The position numbers were made by a program, and so were the translations under genes. Under the pieces are notes generated by a model. That model searched no databases and was not told where the DNA came from. It saw only the letters and a program-made list of their open reading frames with translations. Source: Gemmatimonadota bacterium (lineage in GTDB: Bacteria; Gemmatimonadota; Gemmatimonadetes; Gemmatimonadales; GWC2-71-9). Taken from it: 64,000 nt of DNA. The stretch lies in the NCBI GenBank assembly GCA_029262195.1, contig JAJCZX010000014.1:80438-144437 (forward strand), read 5' to 3'. This document shows, one piece after another, positions 1-11,160 of the stretch (position 1 is its first letter; each line of letters opens with the position of its first letter).

Positions 1-356
1 CAACAACACGCCATGTCGTTGACCAAATGAGAGAGCGAGGAACGAGGGTGGGCCTGGTGAAGATAAAGATGTTCCGCCCCTTCCCAACCGACGACATCCG
101 CCGTGCGCTTTCCGGTGCGATCAAGGTGGCTGTCCTCGACAGAAACATCTCACCCGGCCGTAGCGGCATTTTCGCCGAGGAGATCCGTTCTGCCCTTTAC
201 AACATCCCAATGGACGATCGGCCGAAGATTTTCGGATACATAGTTGGCCTCGGGGGCAGAGATGTCACTCCAGCAGTGATCGAAGACATCGTCGAACAGA
301 CACAGATCGCCACCCAACCAACTCGGGAAGACCTCTGGGTAGGAGTCAAGCCATGA
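1..356 (+). CDS. porA: Pyruvate/2-oxoacid:ferredoxin oxidoreductase alpha subunit, C-terminal part (5' truncated by window)
   Basis: VGLVKIKMFRPFP...VAVLDRN...GLGGRDVT motifs; frame open from position 3; ATGA overlap with the beta subunit. Confidence 0.85.
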   Translation, partial: TTRHVVDQMRERGTRVGLVKIKMFRPFPTDDIRRALSGAIKVAVLDRNISPGRSGIFAEEIRSALYNIPMDDRPKIFGYIVGLGGRDVTPAVIEDIVEQTQIATQPTREDLWVGVKP

Positions 357-1249
357 GCCAGACAATGATAAAGCACGAGATCCCGCGGAAGGAGTTTCTC
401 TCGCCCGGGCATCTGGCCTGCCCTGGATGCGGCGGATCCATAGCCATGCGCACTGTGCTCAAGGGTCTCGGCGAAGATACCATGGTTGTGCTGCCCGCAT
501 GCTGTTGGTCGATAATCGCTGGCCCGTGGCCACAGTCTTCACTCAAAGTCCCGCTGTACCACACCGCTTTTGAGACGGGTGGGGCTGTCGCGTCTGGTAT
601 AAAGGCTGCTCTAGAAGTGAGAGGTAACCATGAAACCACTGTTATGGCATGGGCGGGCGACGGTGGCACATTTGACATCGGGCTGCAAGCTTTGTCCGGC
701 GCCGCGGAGCGGAACGAGGATATCATTTACTGTTGCTACGACAACGAAGCCTATATGAACACCGGGGTACAGCGTTCATCTTCGACGCCAGCCGGTGCGT
801 GGACAACCACCACTCCGTCCGATCATCCCGAATCTCATCCGAAGAAAGACATTCTGTCGATCATCGCAGCACACCGCGTTCCCTACGCGGCAACCGCTTC
901 GGTCGCCTACCCGCAAGACCTACTCCAGAAGGTGAGAAGGGCCAAGAGCATCAGGGGCACCAAATTCATCCACATACTATCCCCCTGCCCTCCGGGGTGG
1001 AAGCATCCGGATGAATCGACGGTAGACCTGGCTCGCCAGGCTGTTCAAAGTAGACTGTTTCCATTGGTCGAGGTTGAAAACGGGCAAACCTGGCGATTCA
1101 CCATGGATCACGAAGGCTACCCGATCGCCCCCTACATAAAGGCGCAGGGGCGGTTTCGGCAGCTGTCTAACCAGCAGATCGAGGATATCCAGCAGCAAAT
1201 AAACGAACGGTGGACAGTCTGGGAAAACAGAGTGAAATACGGGACCTGA
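353..1249 (+). CDS. porB: Pyruvate/2-oxoacid:ferredoxin oxidoreductase beta subunit (TPP-binding)
   Basis: GHLACPGCG, GDGGTFDIG TPP motif, YDNEAYMNTGVQRS, SPCPPGW. Confidence 0.9.
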   Translation: MSQTMIKHEIPRKEFLSPGHLACPGCGGSIAMRTVLKGLGEDTMVVLPACCWSIIAGPWPQSSLKVPLYHTAFETGGAVASGIKAALEVRGNHETTVMAWAGDGGTFDIGLQALSGAAERNEDIIYCCYDNEAYMNTGVQRSSSTPAGAWTTTTPSDHPESHPKKDILSIIAAHRVPYAATASVAYPQDLLQKVRRAKSIRGTKFIHILSPCPPGWKHPDESTVDLARQAVQSRLFPLVEVENGQTWRFTMDHEGYPIAPYIKAQGRFRQLSNQQIEDIQQQINERWTVWENRVKYGT

Positions 1250-1256
1250 ACGCCGA

Positions 1257-2150
1257 CTAAAGTACTGCCTCCAGAGCGGCGGCTATTTCAGTGTCCAAGA
1301 ATTCGAACCCTGCTTCCAGCAACAGGCGGGGTGTGACACGCGCGCTGGCGAGTCCGACCTCCTCTATTACTTCGCCGAAGACTAGTTGAGCCGCAAATTT
1401 CGGGACGCTCATCACAGCGGGTCGGTGCATCGCTCGCCCGAGCGCCTTCGCGAACTGTCTGTTGGTTACAGGATTCGGAGCAACCAGATTGATCGCACCC
1501 GACACGGCTTCGCCTTCAACAACAAATCGAAAGGCACGAACCACGTCGCGCAGAGTAATCCACGACAACCACTGGGAGCCGTCGCCCAACCACCCACCTG
1601 TGCCAAGCTTGAAGGCGGGGATCATGGTCTCAAGCACGCCTCCGGCGGTGCTCAGGACAGGACCAATTCGAGGGAGGACCACCCTTATTCCGGCCTCACT
1701 CGCTGAGGTGGTGGCCATCTCCCACTCCCGACACAATTCCGCGAGGAAACCCGACCCGGCACTCGACTGCTCGAACAACTCTTCATCTCCTCGGCTCCCG
1801 TAGTAACCCACGGCCGACCCACTCACGAACACAGATGGGGGTTCGTTCATACCAGCGATCGCCTCGGCCAGGAGGCCGGTCGAACGGAGCCGACTTTCCC
1901 AAAGTTCTTCTTTGAACGCCCGGGTCCACCTACGGGCATTAAGATTGGCGCCGGCCAGATTGATTACAGCATCGACTCCGTCGAGCGCCTCCAACGGCGG
2001 GCCCTGGCCCGCAACCGGATCCCAGGAAAAACAATCCGGAGCCGACAGAGCCGACCGTCCAAGCCGCACCACCGAATGGCCGCCTTCTTCCAATTCCTTC
2101 CTCAAAGAAGAACCTATCATTCCCGAGGCGCCAGCTATCAATATCCTCAA
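1257..2150 (-). CDS. TIGR01777 family NAD(P)-dependent oxidoreductase (YfcH-like)
   Basis: ILIAGASGMIG Rossmann motif, VINLAGA, SGSAVGYYG, GSGFLAELCREWE; likely TTG start at 2150 because the ORF-track start lies inside the REP repeat. Confidence 0.85.
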   Translation of the reverse strand: MRILIAGASGMIGSSLRKELEEGGHSVVRLGRSALSAPDCFSWDPVAGQGPPLEALDGVDAVINLAGANLNARRWTRAFKEELWESRLRSTGLLAEAIAGMNEPPSVFVSGSAVGYYGSRGDEELFEQSSAGSGFLAELCREWEMATTSASEAGIRVVLPRIGPVLSTAGGVLETMIPAFKLGTGGWLGDGSQWLSWITLRDVVRAFRFVVEGEAVSGAINLVAPNPVTNRQFAKALGRAMHRPAVMSVPKFAAQLVFGEVIEEVGLASARVTPRLLLEAGFEFLDTEIAAALEAVL

Positions 2151-2159
2151 ATCCGAATC

Positions 2160-2362
2160 CTCGAAACTCCGTGCGGGCACAGCATGCTGTGCCCCGACGA
2201 TCTCATTTCCACACCAATCTCCGCCGCTACCTCGAAACTCCGTACGGGCACAGCATGCTGTGCCCCAACAATCTCAATTCACCCAATCTCCGCCGCTACC
2301 TCGAAACTCCGTACGGGCACAGCATGCTGTGCCCCAACAATCTCATTTCCACGCCAATCTCC
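2160..2362. repeat. Three tandem ~70-bp units, each with the perfect 20-bp palindrome GGGCACAGCATGCTGTGCCC (REP elements)
   Basis: Palindromes at 2175-2194, 2246-2265 and 2315-2334 (spacing 71 and 69) with near-identical flanks (CTCGAAACTCCGT...ATCTCA); adjacent to a RAYT gene. Confidence 0.9.
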
Positions 2363-2372
2363 ACCAGCAATC

Positions 2373-2948
2373 TTAAATCATCCAATCTTCGAGACCATAC
2401 TCTGGCCCCTCTTCACGCACCCTGCCTGATTTTCGGGCCAGGCGATCGGATTCCCACTTTTCAGGATTCCTCGCTATATAGCTTTGAATCCGACGCAACT
2501 CAGCTTCGTCCCGAACAACATGCTCCCAGTAACCTCGCTGCCAGACTTTCGCTCCAATAGTATTTCTGGTGCGGTTAACGCCGCGGGTGATCGCAGATTT
2601 CAGCGAACGCACAACCGTCGGAATCGAACCGGGCACCGCTGTCCCGAACCGCCGAATCACATTGGCTGCTACCATTGGATCATCCCGAATAACAACAATC
2701 CCATGGATGTGATTCGGCATTACCACGAATTCGTCGAGTTGTAACTTGGGAAAGTGCTCCGGGAGAGCATACCAGCATTGCAGAGCTATGCGCCCCGGTC
2801 CGTGGAGTTTCATTCGGCCCTGCTCAACGCGACCAAAAAGCCACTCCCGTTTGTGCGTACACATCGTCAGAAAATATGCTCCGGGCGCTGTGTAACAATG
2901 CCCCTTCAACCGGATCGACCTACGATTGCGCATGTTGCTACCTACCAC
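2373..2948 (-). mobile_element. REP-associated tyrosine transposase (RAYT; IS200/IS605-related Y1 HUH endonuclease)
   Basis: RRSIRL..Y...GAYF.T.C, VMPNHIHGI (HUH), WQRGYWEHVVRDE, YIARNP (catalytic Tyr); GGGAGG RBS at 2954-2959. Confidence 0.9.
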
Positions 2949-2966
2949 GTCTACCTCCCAAAACCA

Positions 2967-3019
2967 AAAAGAAAACGGACCACCCGGTCAGAGGACCCCG
3001 AATCAGCCCGTTTTCTTTT
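2967..3019. terminator. Hairpin/intrinsic terminator downstream of tmRNA
   Basis: AAAAGAAAACGGAC ... GCCCGTTTTCTTTT inverted repeat with a U-tract in both orientations. Confidence 0.65.
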
Positions 3020-3022
3020 CGA

Positions 3023-3381
3023 TGGAGGCGCGGGGATTCGAACCCCGGTCCGAACATCGATCCGAAACCGCCTCTACGTGCGTAGGTTGCGATTAAGGTC
3101 TCCACCGAATGGCCCGCAACCGGCCGGCCGGTGAACAAGCCTTCTTAAAAATCTCGCCGACCGCGCGAAGGCGACACGGTCAGCCAGCTCGAATTATTGA
3201 TACCCCTGGGGATGGCTCAAGCAACCATCGTCCGGAGCAGGTGCTTCAAGCGTTAAGCTTAAGCAGCCAATGCCATTTCATTGTTGGCAATTATAATTTC
3301 TCGATCGGTATTAACCAGGTAACCGAGAACCCTGGGCACGCAGCAATCACATCACAAAGCCCGTCGAAACCAGTCGCCCCC
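3023..3381 (-). ncRNA. ssrA: tmRNA, tag peptide (A)ANNEMALAA
   Basis: 5' GGGGGCGACTGGTTTCGACGG, 3' GGGGTTCGAATCCCCGCGCCTCCA; acceptor stem with G3-U alanine determinant; tag ORF GCC AAC AAT GAA ATG GCA TTG GCT GCT TAA at 3288-3259; CCA not encoded. Confidence 0.95.
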
Positions 3382-3391
3382 TCACTTCCTT

Positions 3392-3419
3392 AAGATAGCG
3401 GAACCCTGAGCGCGGTCAA
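3392..3419 (-). promoter_or_regulatory. sigma70-like promoter of ssrA
   Basis: TTGACC-16 bp-TATCTT about 10 nt upstream of the mature 5' end. Confidence 0.6.
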
Positions 3420-3422
3420 AGG

Positions 3423-4847
3423 TCACGCAGATTCAACCCGATTGCGTCCCCGCTCTTTGGCGCGGTAAAGAGCCGCATCAGCGGTGGTCGCGAGATTCGC
3501 CACCTGGGACACCGAACCCGGACAGGTTGCTACGCCAATTGAACAGGTAAGCTTGATTTCAGAACCGGCCCATTCCCAGGGATTTCCTTCCACGGCTCCA
3601 CGGATGGTTTCCGCTACCTCTGCAGCCTTTTCTCCAGGAGCACCCGGCAGCCAGACGGCAAACTCTTCACCACCCACACGGGCAACCATATCCCGTTCCC
3701 TTCCCAGATTGCCGAGGAGCACCTTACTGACATGTTGAAGTGCGGAATCGCCCGCCGCGTGCCCGAAGGTATCGTTCACACGCTTGAAGTGGTCCAGGTC
3801 CAGGGCCAGCATGGCACATGGCTCATCGGCATGAGTGGATGTCGCCCGTTCAAGAGCCCTGCGATTCGGTAGCCCCGTCAACTCATCCGTCATCGCGCGT
3901 TTTTCGGCTGCTCTTATCGCGGCGGCACTGGCCATTCTGGGCCCGGCATCAATTGCCAACCACATCACTCGCTCACGCAAACCGGGGTCAAGGCTTTCAA
4001 TGGGACCGAAAACCACGAGAGCGCCGATTCCTTCACGACCATCGCGAAGCGGGTATGCCGTTCCCCGCTCCTCTCCTTTGCGTCGGTCAGAGACCTCTTG
4101 TCCGTACAGCTCCTTAGCAGAGTCACCTACCACCGGCGCATCTCCCGAGCAAGCCCGCCCAATCGCCGAATCGGTGGTAATGTTCCGATCGAGTAGTCGC
4201 TTGTCGACTCCGTGAGAAACTGCCTCCACCCGCGCCGTCTTGGTGGTGATGTCTCTAACTATCACGGCCGTCGGTCGGTCGCAAAGGGCTGATGCAGCCT
4301 CGCACAGGGCGAGCGCCAACCCTTCGACCGACTCGCTTAAGATCGACGCGGATTCACTATCGCGAGCTCGCAAACGATTGTCAGAGTGTACCTGCTGAAC
4401 CCTGAGGCCCGCGACTATTCGTCTCAGATCTACGACGATCTGGTCTATTTCGTCGTCAGTATACGCTTCCTTTTCTCTTGCAATCGAAGCGCCAATCTTT
4501 CCGTCACCGACAGCGACCACAAACTCGCCTTCTTTGGCGATGTGCATTCGACCATCGCCGAGAGCAAGCCTGGCAACGGACGTAGCCTTGTCAACCAATT
4601 CCGGGCTCGGTCGCGGAGTCTTGTTTGCAACAACGGGTTCTTCTCTGTCGGCTACGCTGCACGCGACGTCCGCGCCCACCGCTCGCCTTAGAAGGTCCAG
4701 AGTATGGTGAAGGTCGGCCGGAGCCCCTCGTGCATACCGACGACGGCGGTTGTGGTTGGTCCATAACCAGACAACGATGCCCCCTCCAATTGCTCCGAGG
4801 ACAAATTCCACAATAGCGACTATATGTGCTGCGGTTGTTGGGATCAT
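3423..4847 (-). CDS. Membrane-anchored GGDEF diguanylate cyclase with GAF-like middle region
   Basis: N-terminal TM helix; TDELTGLPNRR, DLDHFKRVNDTFGHAAGD, RERD I-site, GGEEF, ADAALYRAK. Confidence 0.9.
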   Translation of the reverse strand: MIPTTAAHIVAIVEFVLGAIGGGIVVWLWTNHNRRRRYARGAPADLHHTLDLLRRAVGADVACSVADREEPVVANKTPRPSPELVDKATSVARLALGDGRMHIAKEGEFVVAVGDGKIGASIAREKEAYTDDEIDQIVVDLRRIVAGLRVQQVHSDNRLRARDSESASILSESVEGLALALCEAASALCDRPTAVIVRDITTKTARVEAVSHGVDKRLLDRNITTDSAIGRACSGDAPVVGDSAKELYGQEVSDRRKGEERGTAYPLRDGREGIGALVVFGPIESLDPGLRERVMWLAIDAGPRMASAAAIRAAEKRAMTDELTGLPNRRALERATSTHADEPCAMLALDLDHFKRVNDTFGHAAGDSALQHVSKVLLGNLGRERDMVARVGGEEFAVWLPGAPGEKAAEVAETIRGAVEGNPWEWAGSEIKLTCSIGVATCPGSVSQVANLATTADAALYRAKERGRNRVESA

Positions 4848-5599
4848 AAGAGATGGTTCACTCTGGATGCCGCCATCGCGGCCCCAAATCCGTTGTCAAT
4901 ATTAACCACGCACACTCCTGAGGCGCATGAATTCAACATAGATAGTAGCGCCGCCAACCCACCAAAAGACGCACCGTAGCCGACGCTGGTCGGCACCGCG
5001 ACGACGGGAGCCGACACCATTCCTCCAACAACGCTGGCCAGTGCCCCATCCATCCCTGCCACTACCACTATGACCGACGCACTCCACAACTCCTCTCGTT
5101 TGCTTAACAGGCGATGGATCCCCGCCACACCCACGTCATTGATGGCATCAACCTCATTACCCATAGCCCGCGCCACTACTACCGCTTCCTCCGCAACGGG
5201 CAGATCACTGGTACCTGCACACACCACCAATATCCGCCCTTTTCCAGTTATCGCCAGTCCCCCCGGCGGAGGCATAAAGCAGGTCCTCGCCAATTCATTG
5301 ACTTCAACGCGCTCGAATTCAGCGCGGAGAGCATCAATCGCTTCCACAAAGGCCCGTGTCACGAGAAAAGAGTCACTGGCTTTGCTCAGTGATCGACAAA
5401 TGGCAACAACTTGCTCCACAGTCTTCCCCTCGCAAAGCACCACCTCCGGATTTCCCTGGAACAGGGCGCGTGCGTGATCAACCTGAGCGAATCCGATGTC
5501 TTCGATCGGCAGCGACCGGAGACGCTCCAACGCCCCGTCAGAGTCTATTTCTCCTTTCGCCACTCCATCGAGAATGGCCTTGATATCAGATAGATTCAA
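4844..5599 (-). CDS. larB: Nickel-pincer cofactor biosynthesis protein LarB (PurE-like carboxylase)
   Basis: PEVVLCEGKT, AGTSDLPVAEEA, DVGVAGIHRL, VPTSVGYG, VVNIDNGFGAA. Confidence 0.9.
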   Translation of the reverse strand: MNLSDIKAILDGVAKGEIDSDGALERLRSLPIEDIGFAQVDHARALFQGNPEVVLCEGKTVEQVVAICRSLSKASDSFLVTRAFVEAIDALRAEFERVEVNELARTCFMPPPGGLAITGKGRILVVCAGTSDLPVAEEAVVVARAMGNEVDAINDVGVAGIHRLLSKREELWSASVIVVVAGMDGALASVVGGMVSAPVVAVPTSVGYGASFGGLAALLSMLNSCASGVCVVNIDNGFGAAMAASRVNHLL

Positions 5600-6579
5600 A
5601 CTCCGGCGCTCTCCATCTCCAGGTATTCATCAAGGACGTCAACGGCCTCGGCGATCGACTCGACCTTGAAAAGCCTCCCACGCAATTCCGTCGAGCTTCT
5701 TAAACCTCTCGTATACCATCCGAGGTGTTTTCTGAACTCCAGGGCGACCCGCCGCGTATCCCCGCTTGTTTCAACAATGAGACGAGCGTGCTCCCGGGCG
5801 ACGTCAAAACGTGCCGCAGCCCCCGGTGTCTCCTCCGGTTCTTCCCCTGATAAAAGCGCCCGTACCTGCCTAAAAATCCATGGTTGTCCAAAAGAGCCCC
5901 TCGCAACCATGATCCCTGCGCACCCGGTGTGCGCAAGCATCGCCACAGCGTCCTCCGCCACTTTGATATCGCCGTTGCCCACCACGGGAATGTCCAGCGC
6001 ATCGACCACACGGGCGATATCATCCCAATTGGCATCTCCCCGATACATTTGAGCCCGGGTTCGTGGATGAAGCGTCAGAACCTCGGCTCCTGCGTCCTGG
6101 CATCGCAGCGCGATCGCCACCGGGTCCCTTGAGGCTTCATCCCAGCCTGAGCGAATTTTCACCGTAACCGGGAGATTGGTCGCAGCCTTCACGGCCCTGA
6201 TTACCGACTCGACCAATCCAAGGTCCTGGAGGCAACCAGAACCACCGTTACGTCGCACCACTTTCTTCACCGGGCACCCGAAATTGATGTCGATGAAATC
6301 CGGTCCGTAATGCTCGCCGACCAGTCTAGCGGCTTCGGCCATCGTCTCGGGATCGGCTCCATAAAGTTGCGTTCCGATAGGCCGTTCGCCTTCAGTGAAA
6401 TGGGCTCCGTCGTGGACGTTCTTTATTCCCCGTCGCAGCCCCTCGCTGGAAAGAAACTCTGACACAACGACATCGGCACCGAACGACCGACAAAGCAATC
6501 GAAACGGGGATTCGGAGATACCGGCCATCGGAGCCAGGTAGAGAGGTGTCTCGTAGGGTGTTGTCACGGGGAAGCGCAT
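5596..6579 (-). CDS. dusB: tRNA dihydrouridine synthase B
   Basis: LAPMAG, DINFGCPVKKV, VTVKIRSGW, GNGDI. Confidence 0.9.
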   Translation of the reverse strand: MRFPVTTPYETPLYLAPMAGISESPFRLLCRSFGADVVVSEFLSSEGLRRGIKNVHDGAHFTEGERPIGTQLYGADPETMAEAARLVGEHYGPDFIDINFGCPVKKVVRRNGGSGCLQDLGLVESVIRAVKAATNLPVTVKIRSGWDEASRDPVAIALRCQDAGAEVLTLHPRTRAQMYRGDANWDDIARVVDALDIPVVGNGDIKVAEDAVAMLAHTGCAGIMVARGSFGQPWIFRQVRALLSGEEPEETPGAAARFDVAREHARLIVETSGDTRRVALEFRKHLGWYTRGLRSSTELRGRLFKVESIAEAVDVLDEYLEMESAGV

Positions 6580-6625
6580 CAGCGAAAATAACCCAGAGGG
6601 AGGTCCACGGGCAACACGATTCCAA

Positions 6626-6655
6626 TTGACAGCACGGCGGTCTCAAGATTACGTT
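6626..6655 (+). promoter_or_regulatory. sigma70-like promoter of the PTS IIA gene
   Basis: TTGACA-18 bp-TACGTT. Confidence 0.4.
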
Positions 6656-6687
6656 TCGCCTCCACATTCCGATCCAAGAACCTGCCT

Positions 6688-7140
6688 ATGCGCCTGCTTG
6701 ATTTTTTTTCTGAGGATGCTGTGAACCTGGACCTGCAAGGGTCCTCAAAGGACGATATCCTTCTCGACCTGATTGCCCAGCTTGGCCTGGACGACGAGGC
6801 GGAAGCAAAACTGCACAAAATGCTCAAACGCCGAGAGAATCTCGGTTCAACGGGAATCGGCAAAGGAATCGCAATTCCCCACTGCCGATCGAATGTAGTC
6901 GATTCTTTGCGCGTCGCGTTTGGAAGAAAAAAAGAAGGCGTGGAGTTCAGGGCGATTGATAACAAACCCGTATTCAATTTCTTCTTGATCGTCGCCCCGC
7001 CGCTGGAAGTTTCCAATCAATATTTGCCGGTACTCGGCAAGATCGCCCAGTTCGCCAAGGAATCCGATATAAACGACGAGTTGGAAAAACTGACCGAACC
7101 CGGACAATTCCTGAAACTGCTACAGAAAAGAAGCTCCTGA
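6688..7140 (+). CDS. PTS EIIA (fructose/nitrogen-regulatory PtsN-like)
   Basis: RENLGSTGIGKGIAIPH phospho-His motif. Confidence 0.9.
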   Translation: MRLLDFFSEDAVNLDLQGSSKDDILLDLIAQLGLDDEAEAKLHKMLKRRENLGSTGIGKGIAIPHCRSNVVDSLRVAFGRKKEGVEFRAIDNKPVFNFFLIVAPPLEVSNQYLPVLGKIAQFAKESDINDELEKLTEPGQFLKLLQKRSS

Positions 7141-7153
7141 TTCGGCCGAGAAT

Positions 7154-8385
7154 CTAATCCCGGTTTTCCCACTCCAGATCGACAACTTCGTTGGTAACGA
7201 TTTCAGCGAATTCATCCCGGGTTCTGATAACGGCAAACCGTTCACCGTCTAACAGAACTTCAGCCGGTCGCCTGCGACTGTTGTAGTGTGAACTCATAGA
7301 GAAACCGTAGGCGCCAGCTTGCTCTATCGCCACGAGCGCCCCGGGAGCCACTCCGGATAACGTTCTACCCAACGCTAGAAAATCTCCGGACTCACAGACA
7401 GGGCCGACAAAATCCCATTCCTTTTCTTCGCTCCCTACTGGTTGCAGGACGCTCAATCCGTGCTCGGCCTGGTACAAACTCGGTCGCAGCAAGTCGTTCA
7501 TCGCTGCATCGAGAATGGCAAAGTTGGTCCCTCCGGAACGTTTACAGTATAAGACCGATGACACCAGAAACCCGCTGCTCCCCACGATGGAACGGCCAGG
7601 CTCCATAAGAACTTTCAAACCCGATGCCTTGAGAGGCTCCCTGATCAATGAGAAGAGGGCCTCAAGGTCCATGCCAACCTTCCCGGCGTAACCAATACCG
7701 AAACCTCCCCCGATCCCAATGCAGTCGAGGGTCAGGGCGTCCTTTTCCCGAAGCATTGCAGCCACTGCGACTATCTTCTCAACGGCCCTGGCGTAGGGCC
7801 CCGGATCGGTTATCTGCGAACCAATGTGCACTCCCACACTGCGCAACCGAACGCTGCCAGACGCCTGTGCGCTCGCCACGATGTCGGCCACGTCAGCGAG
7901 CGCGACCCCAAATTTGGCTGCCCCGTGTCCGGTACTCGTGTATGGGTGTGCCTCAGCAGTGACGTCAGGATTAACCCGCAAACCATAATCCACGGTTTTT
8001 TTGAGGTCTTCCGCAACGGAAATCAGAGATTGCAACTCGCCATCCGATTCTACGTTGATGAGACCAACACCAGATTTGATCGCGTTGCGAAGTTCTTCCC
8101 TTGTCTTCCCAACGCCGCTGAACACCACGGAGGAAGGGTCAAAGCCAGCACGCAAACTGCGATAAAGTTCGCCCCCGGACACGATGTCAACTCCTACGCC
8201 AAGACCGTGAAGCAACCTGAGGATCGAATAGTTACTGTTGCATTTTACCGAGTAACATATCTCATGGGGCAGGTCGCCGATGGCAGCTTTCAGTGCGCGA
8301 TAATTGGCGCGTATGGTTTCGGCATCATAAACGTATGCCGGGGTACCCACCCGCTCAGCCACCGATATCAGCCGACGAGAATTAC

Positions 8386-8404
<19 letters not shown>
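7154..8404 (-). CDS. lysA: Diaminopimelate decarboxylase
   Basis: [47 protein letters not shown]; start overlaps the end of proS. Confidence 0.92.
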
Positions 8405-9828
<1,424 letters not shown>

Positions 9829-9852
9829 CTTTATCTCTACAACGTTGAATTC

Positions 9853-11151
9853 TTAAATGCTGGCCGCGAGGCCCGTCACACGTTCTATCACCAGCTCGCG
9901 AGACACCTTTGTCTCAGTGCCCGCCGCCATGTCTCTGACAACTACCACCGACTCCTCCCTCTCAGCAGCGCCGATTACCAACACGACACGAGCATCCCGC
10001 GATGCAGCAACTTTCATTTGCTTTCCAACGGACTGGCCTTTTAACGCATACTCCACGCTGAGACCCTTGTCCCGCAGCTCATGCGCCAGGCTGAGCACCT
10101 CAGGCAGGTCGTCGCTATCAACCGCCACCGCAAAAACGGAAATCTGAGATTCGACGCGCGGTAAAAGCCCTTTGTCCTTGAGAAGCTCTCCCAGCACAAC
10201 ATCACCCATTCCGAATCCCAACGCCGGTAGTGCAACTCCCCCGATGTCTCTCGTAAGATTATCGTATCGGCCGCCACCGCATATGGCCCGGAGGGATTTG
10301 CCCGCATCAAATAATTCGAACACGATGCCGGTGTAATAGTCCAGACCCCTCACAATCGAGCAGTCAATCTCAACGTACCCGTCCAGTCCCATAGCCCTGA
10401 GCGAATCGATACATTCGAATAGTTGCTTCGCGCTGTCCTCGTCAGCCAATCCCCTCAGAGCTGCCCTGAGGGCTTCGCCGCCTTTTATTCCCGCCACCTT
10501 TAGTACTTCCGCGCCCGCGGCTTCCGAGATTCCTCCGGCGACCATCTTCTCAATCAAAACCTCGGCCGGTTCTCTGTCGATTTTGTCGCAGGCGGCAAAC
10601 GCCTTGTCAACCAGGCCCTCCGGTACGCCAGCGGCAAGTACCAGCGCCCGCATCACGTTGCGATCTGACACTCTGACTTTGAAATCATTTTCAGTTAACC
10701 CCAGTTCGCGAAGCACGTCAATGGAGACCGCGATCACTTCCGCGTCTGCCAGAGGGGACGTTTCGCCGATCAGGTCAACGTTGAGTTGGAAGTGTTCGCG
10801 AAGTCGGCCGCGTTGCTGCCGCTCATACCGGAACAGTTGTGGAATCGAAAACCACCGTATCGGCTTCTTCAGGCCCTGTGCCCTGGCAGCAACCATCCTC
10901 GCCAGGGTAGGAGTCATCTCCGGTCGCAGCGAAATCTCGCGTCCGCCTTTGTCGAGGAAGTTGTAAAGCTGCTGTACGATTTCCGATCCGCTTTTGTCGG
11001 TATAAAGTTTCAGTGGCTCTAGCGGTGGCCCGTCATATTCTTCGAATCCGTAGCGCCCGGCAACCGATCGCCACACGGAAAAGATGTGATTGCGCAGTGC
11101 GGCTTCGGCGGGGTAAAAATCGCGGAAACCCGGAAGGGCCTGAGTTTTCAT
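9853..11151 (-). CDS. hisS: Histidine--tRNA ligase
   Basis: LRPEMT, FRYERQQRGRLREHFQ, VRGLDYYTG, GGGRYDNL. Confidence 0.95.
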   Translation of the reverse strand: MKTQALPGFRDFYPAEAALRNHIFSVWRSVAGRYGFEEYDGPPLEPLKLYTDKSGSEIVQQLYNFLDKGGREISLRPEMTPTLARMVAARAQGLKKPIRWFSIPQLFRYERQQRGRLREHFQLNVDLIGETSPLADAEVIAVSIDVLRELGLTENDFKVRVSDRNVMRALVLAAGVPEGLVDKAFAACDKIDREPAEVLIEKMVAGGISEAAGAEVLKVAGIKGGEALRAALRGLADEDSAKQLFECIDSLRAMGLDGYVEIDCSIVRGLDYYTGIVFELFDAGKSLRAICGGGRYDNLTRDIGGVALPALGFGMGDVVLGELLKDKGLLPRVESQISVFAVAVDSDDLPEVLSLAHELRDKGLSVEYALKGQSVGKQMKVAASRDARVVLVIGAAEREESVVVVRDMAAGTETKVSRELVIERVTGLAASI

Positions 11152-11160
11152 CGCATGAAT

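Noticed and set aside
2160-2362. CRISPR array
   Set aside because: Spacers are near-identical rather than unique, there are no cas genes, and the adjacent RAYT explains the repeats
1912-2560. Plus-strand ORFs with repeated RAQHAVP/GTACCAP peptides
   Set aside because: These are translations of the REP repeat, antisense to real genes
2373-3022. Integrase-type genomic island at ssrA
   Set aside because: No integrase and no duplicated ssrA 3' end (att site) seen
3023-3055. tRNA gene (T-arm and acceptor)
   Set aside because: It is the tRNA-like 3' end of tmRNA; the matching 5' end and tag ORF are present
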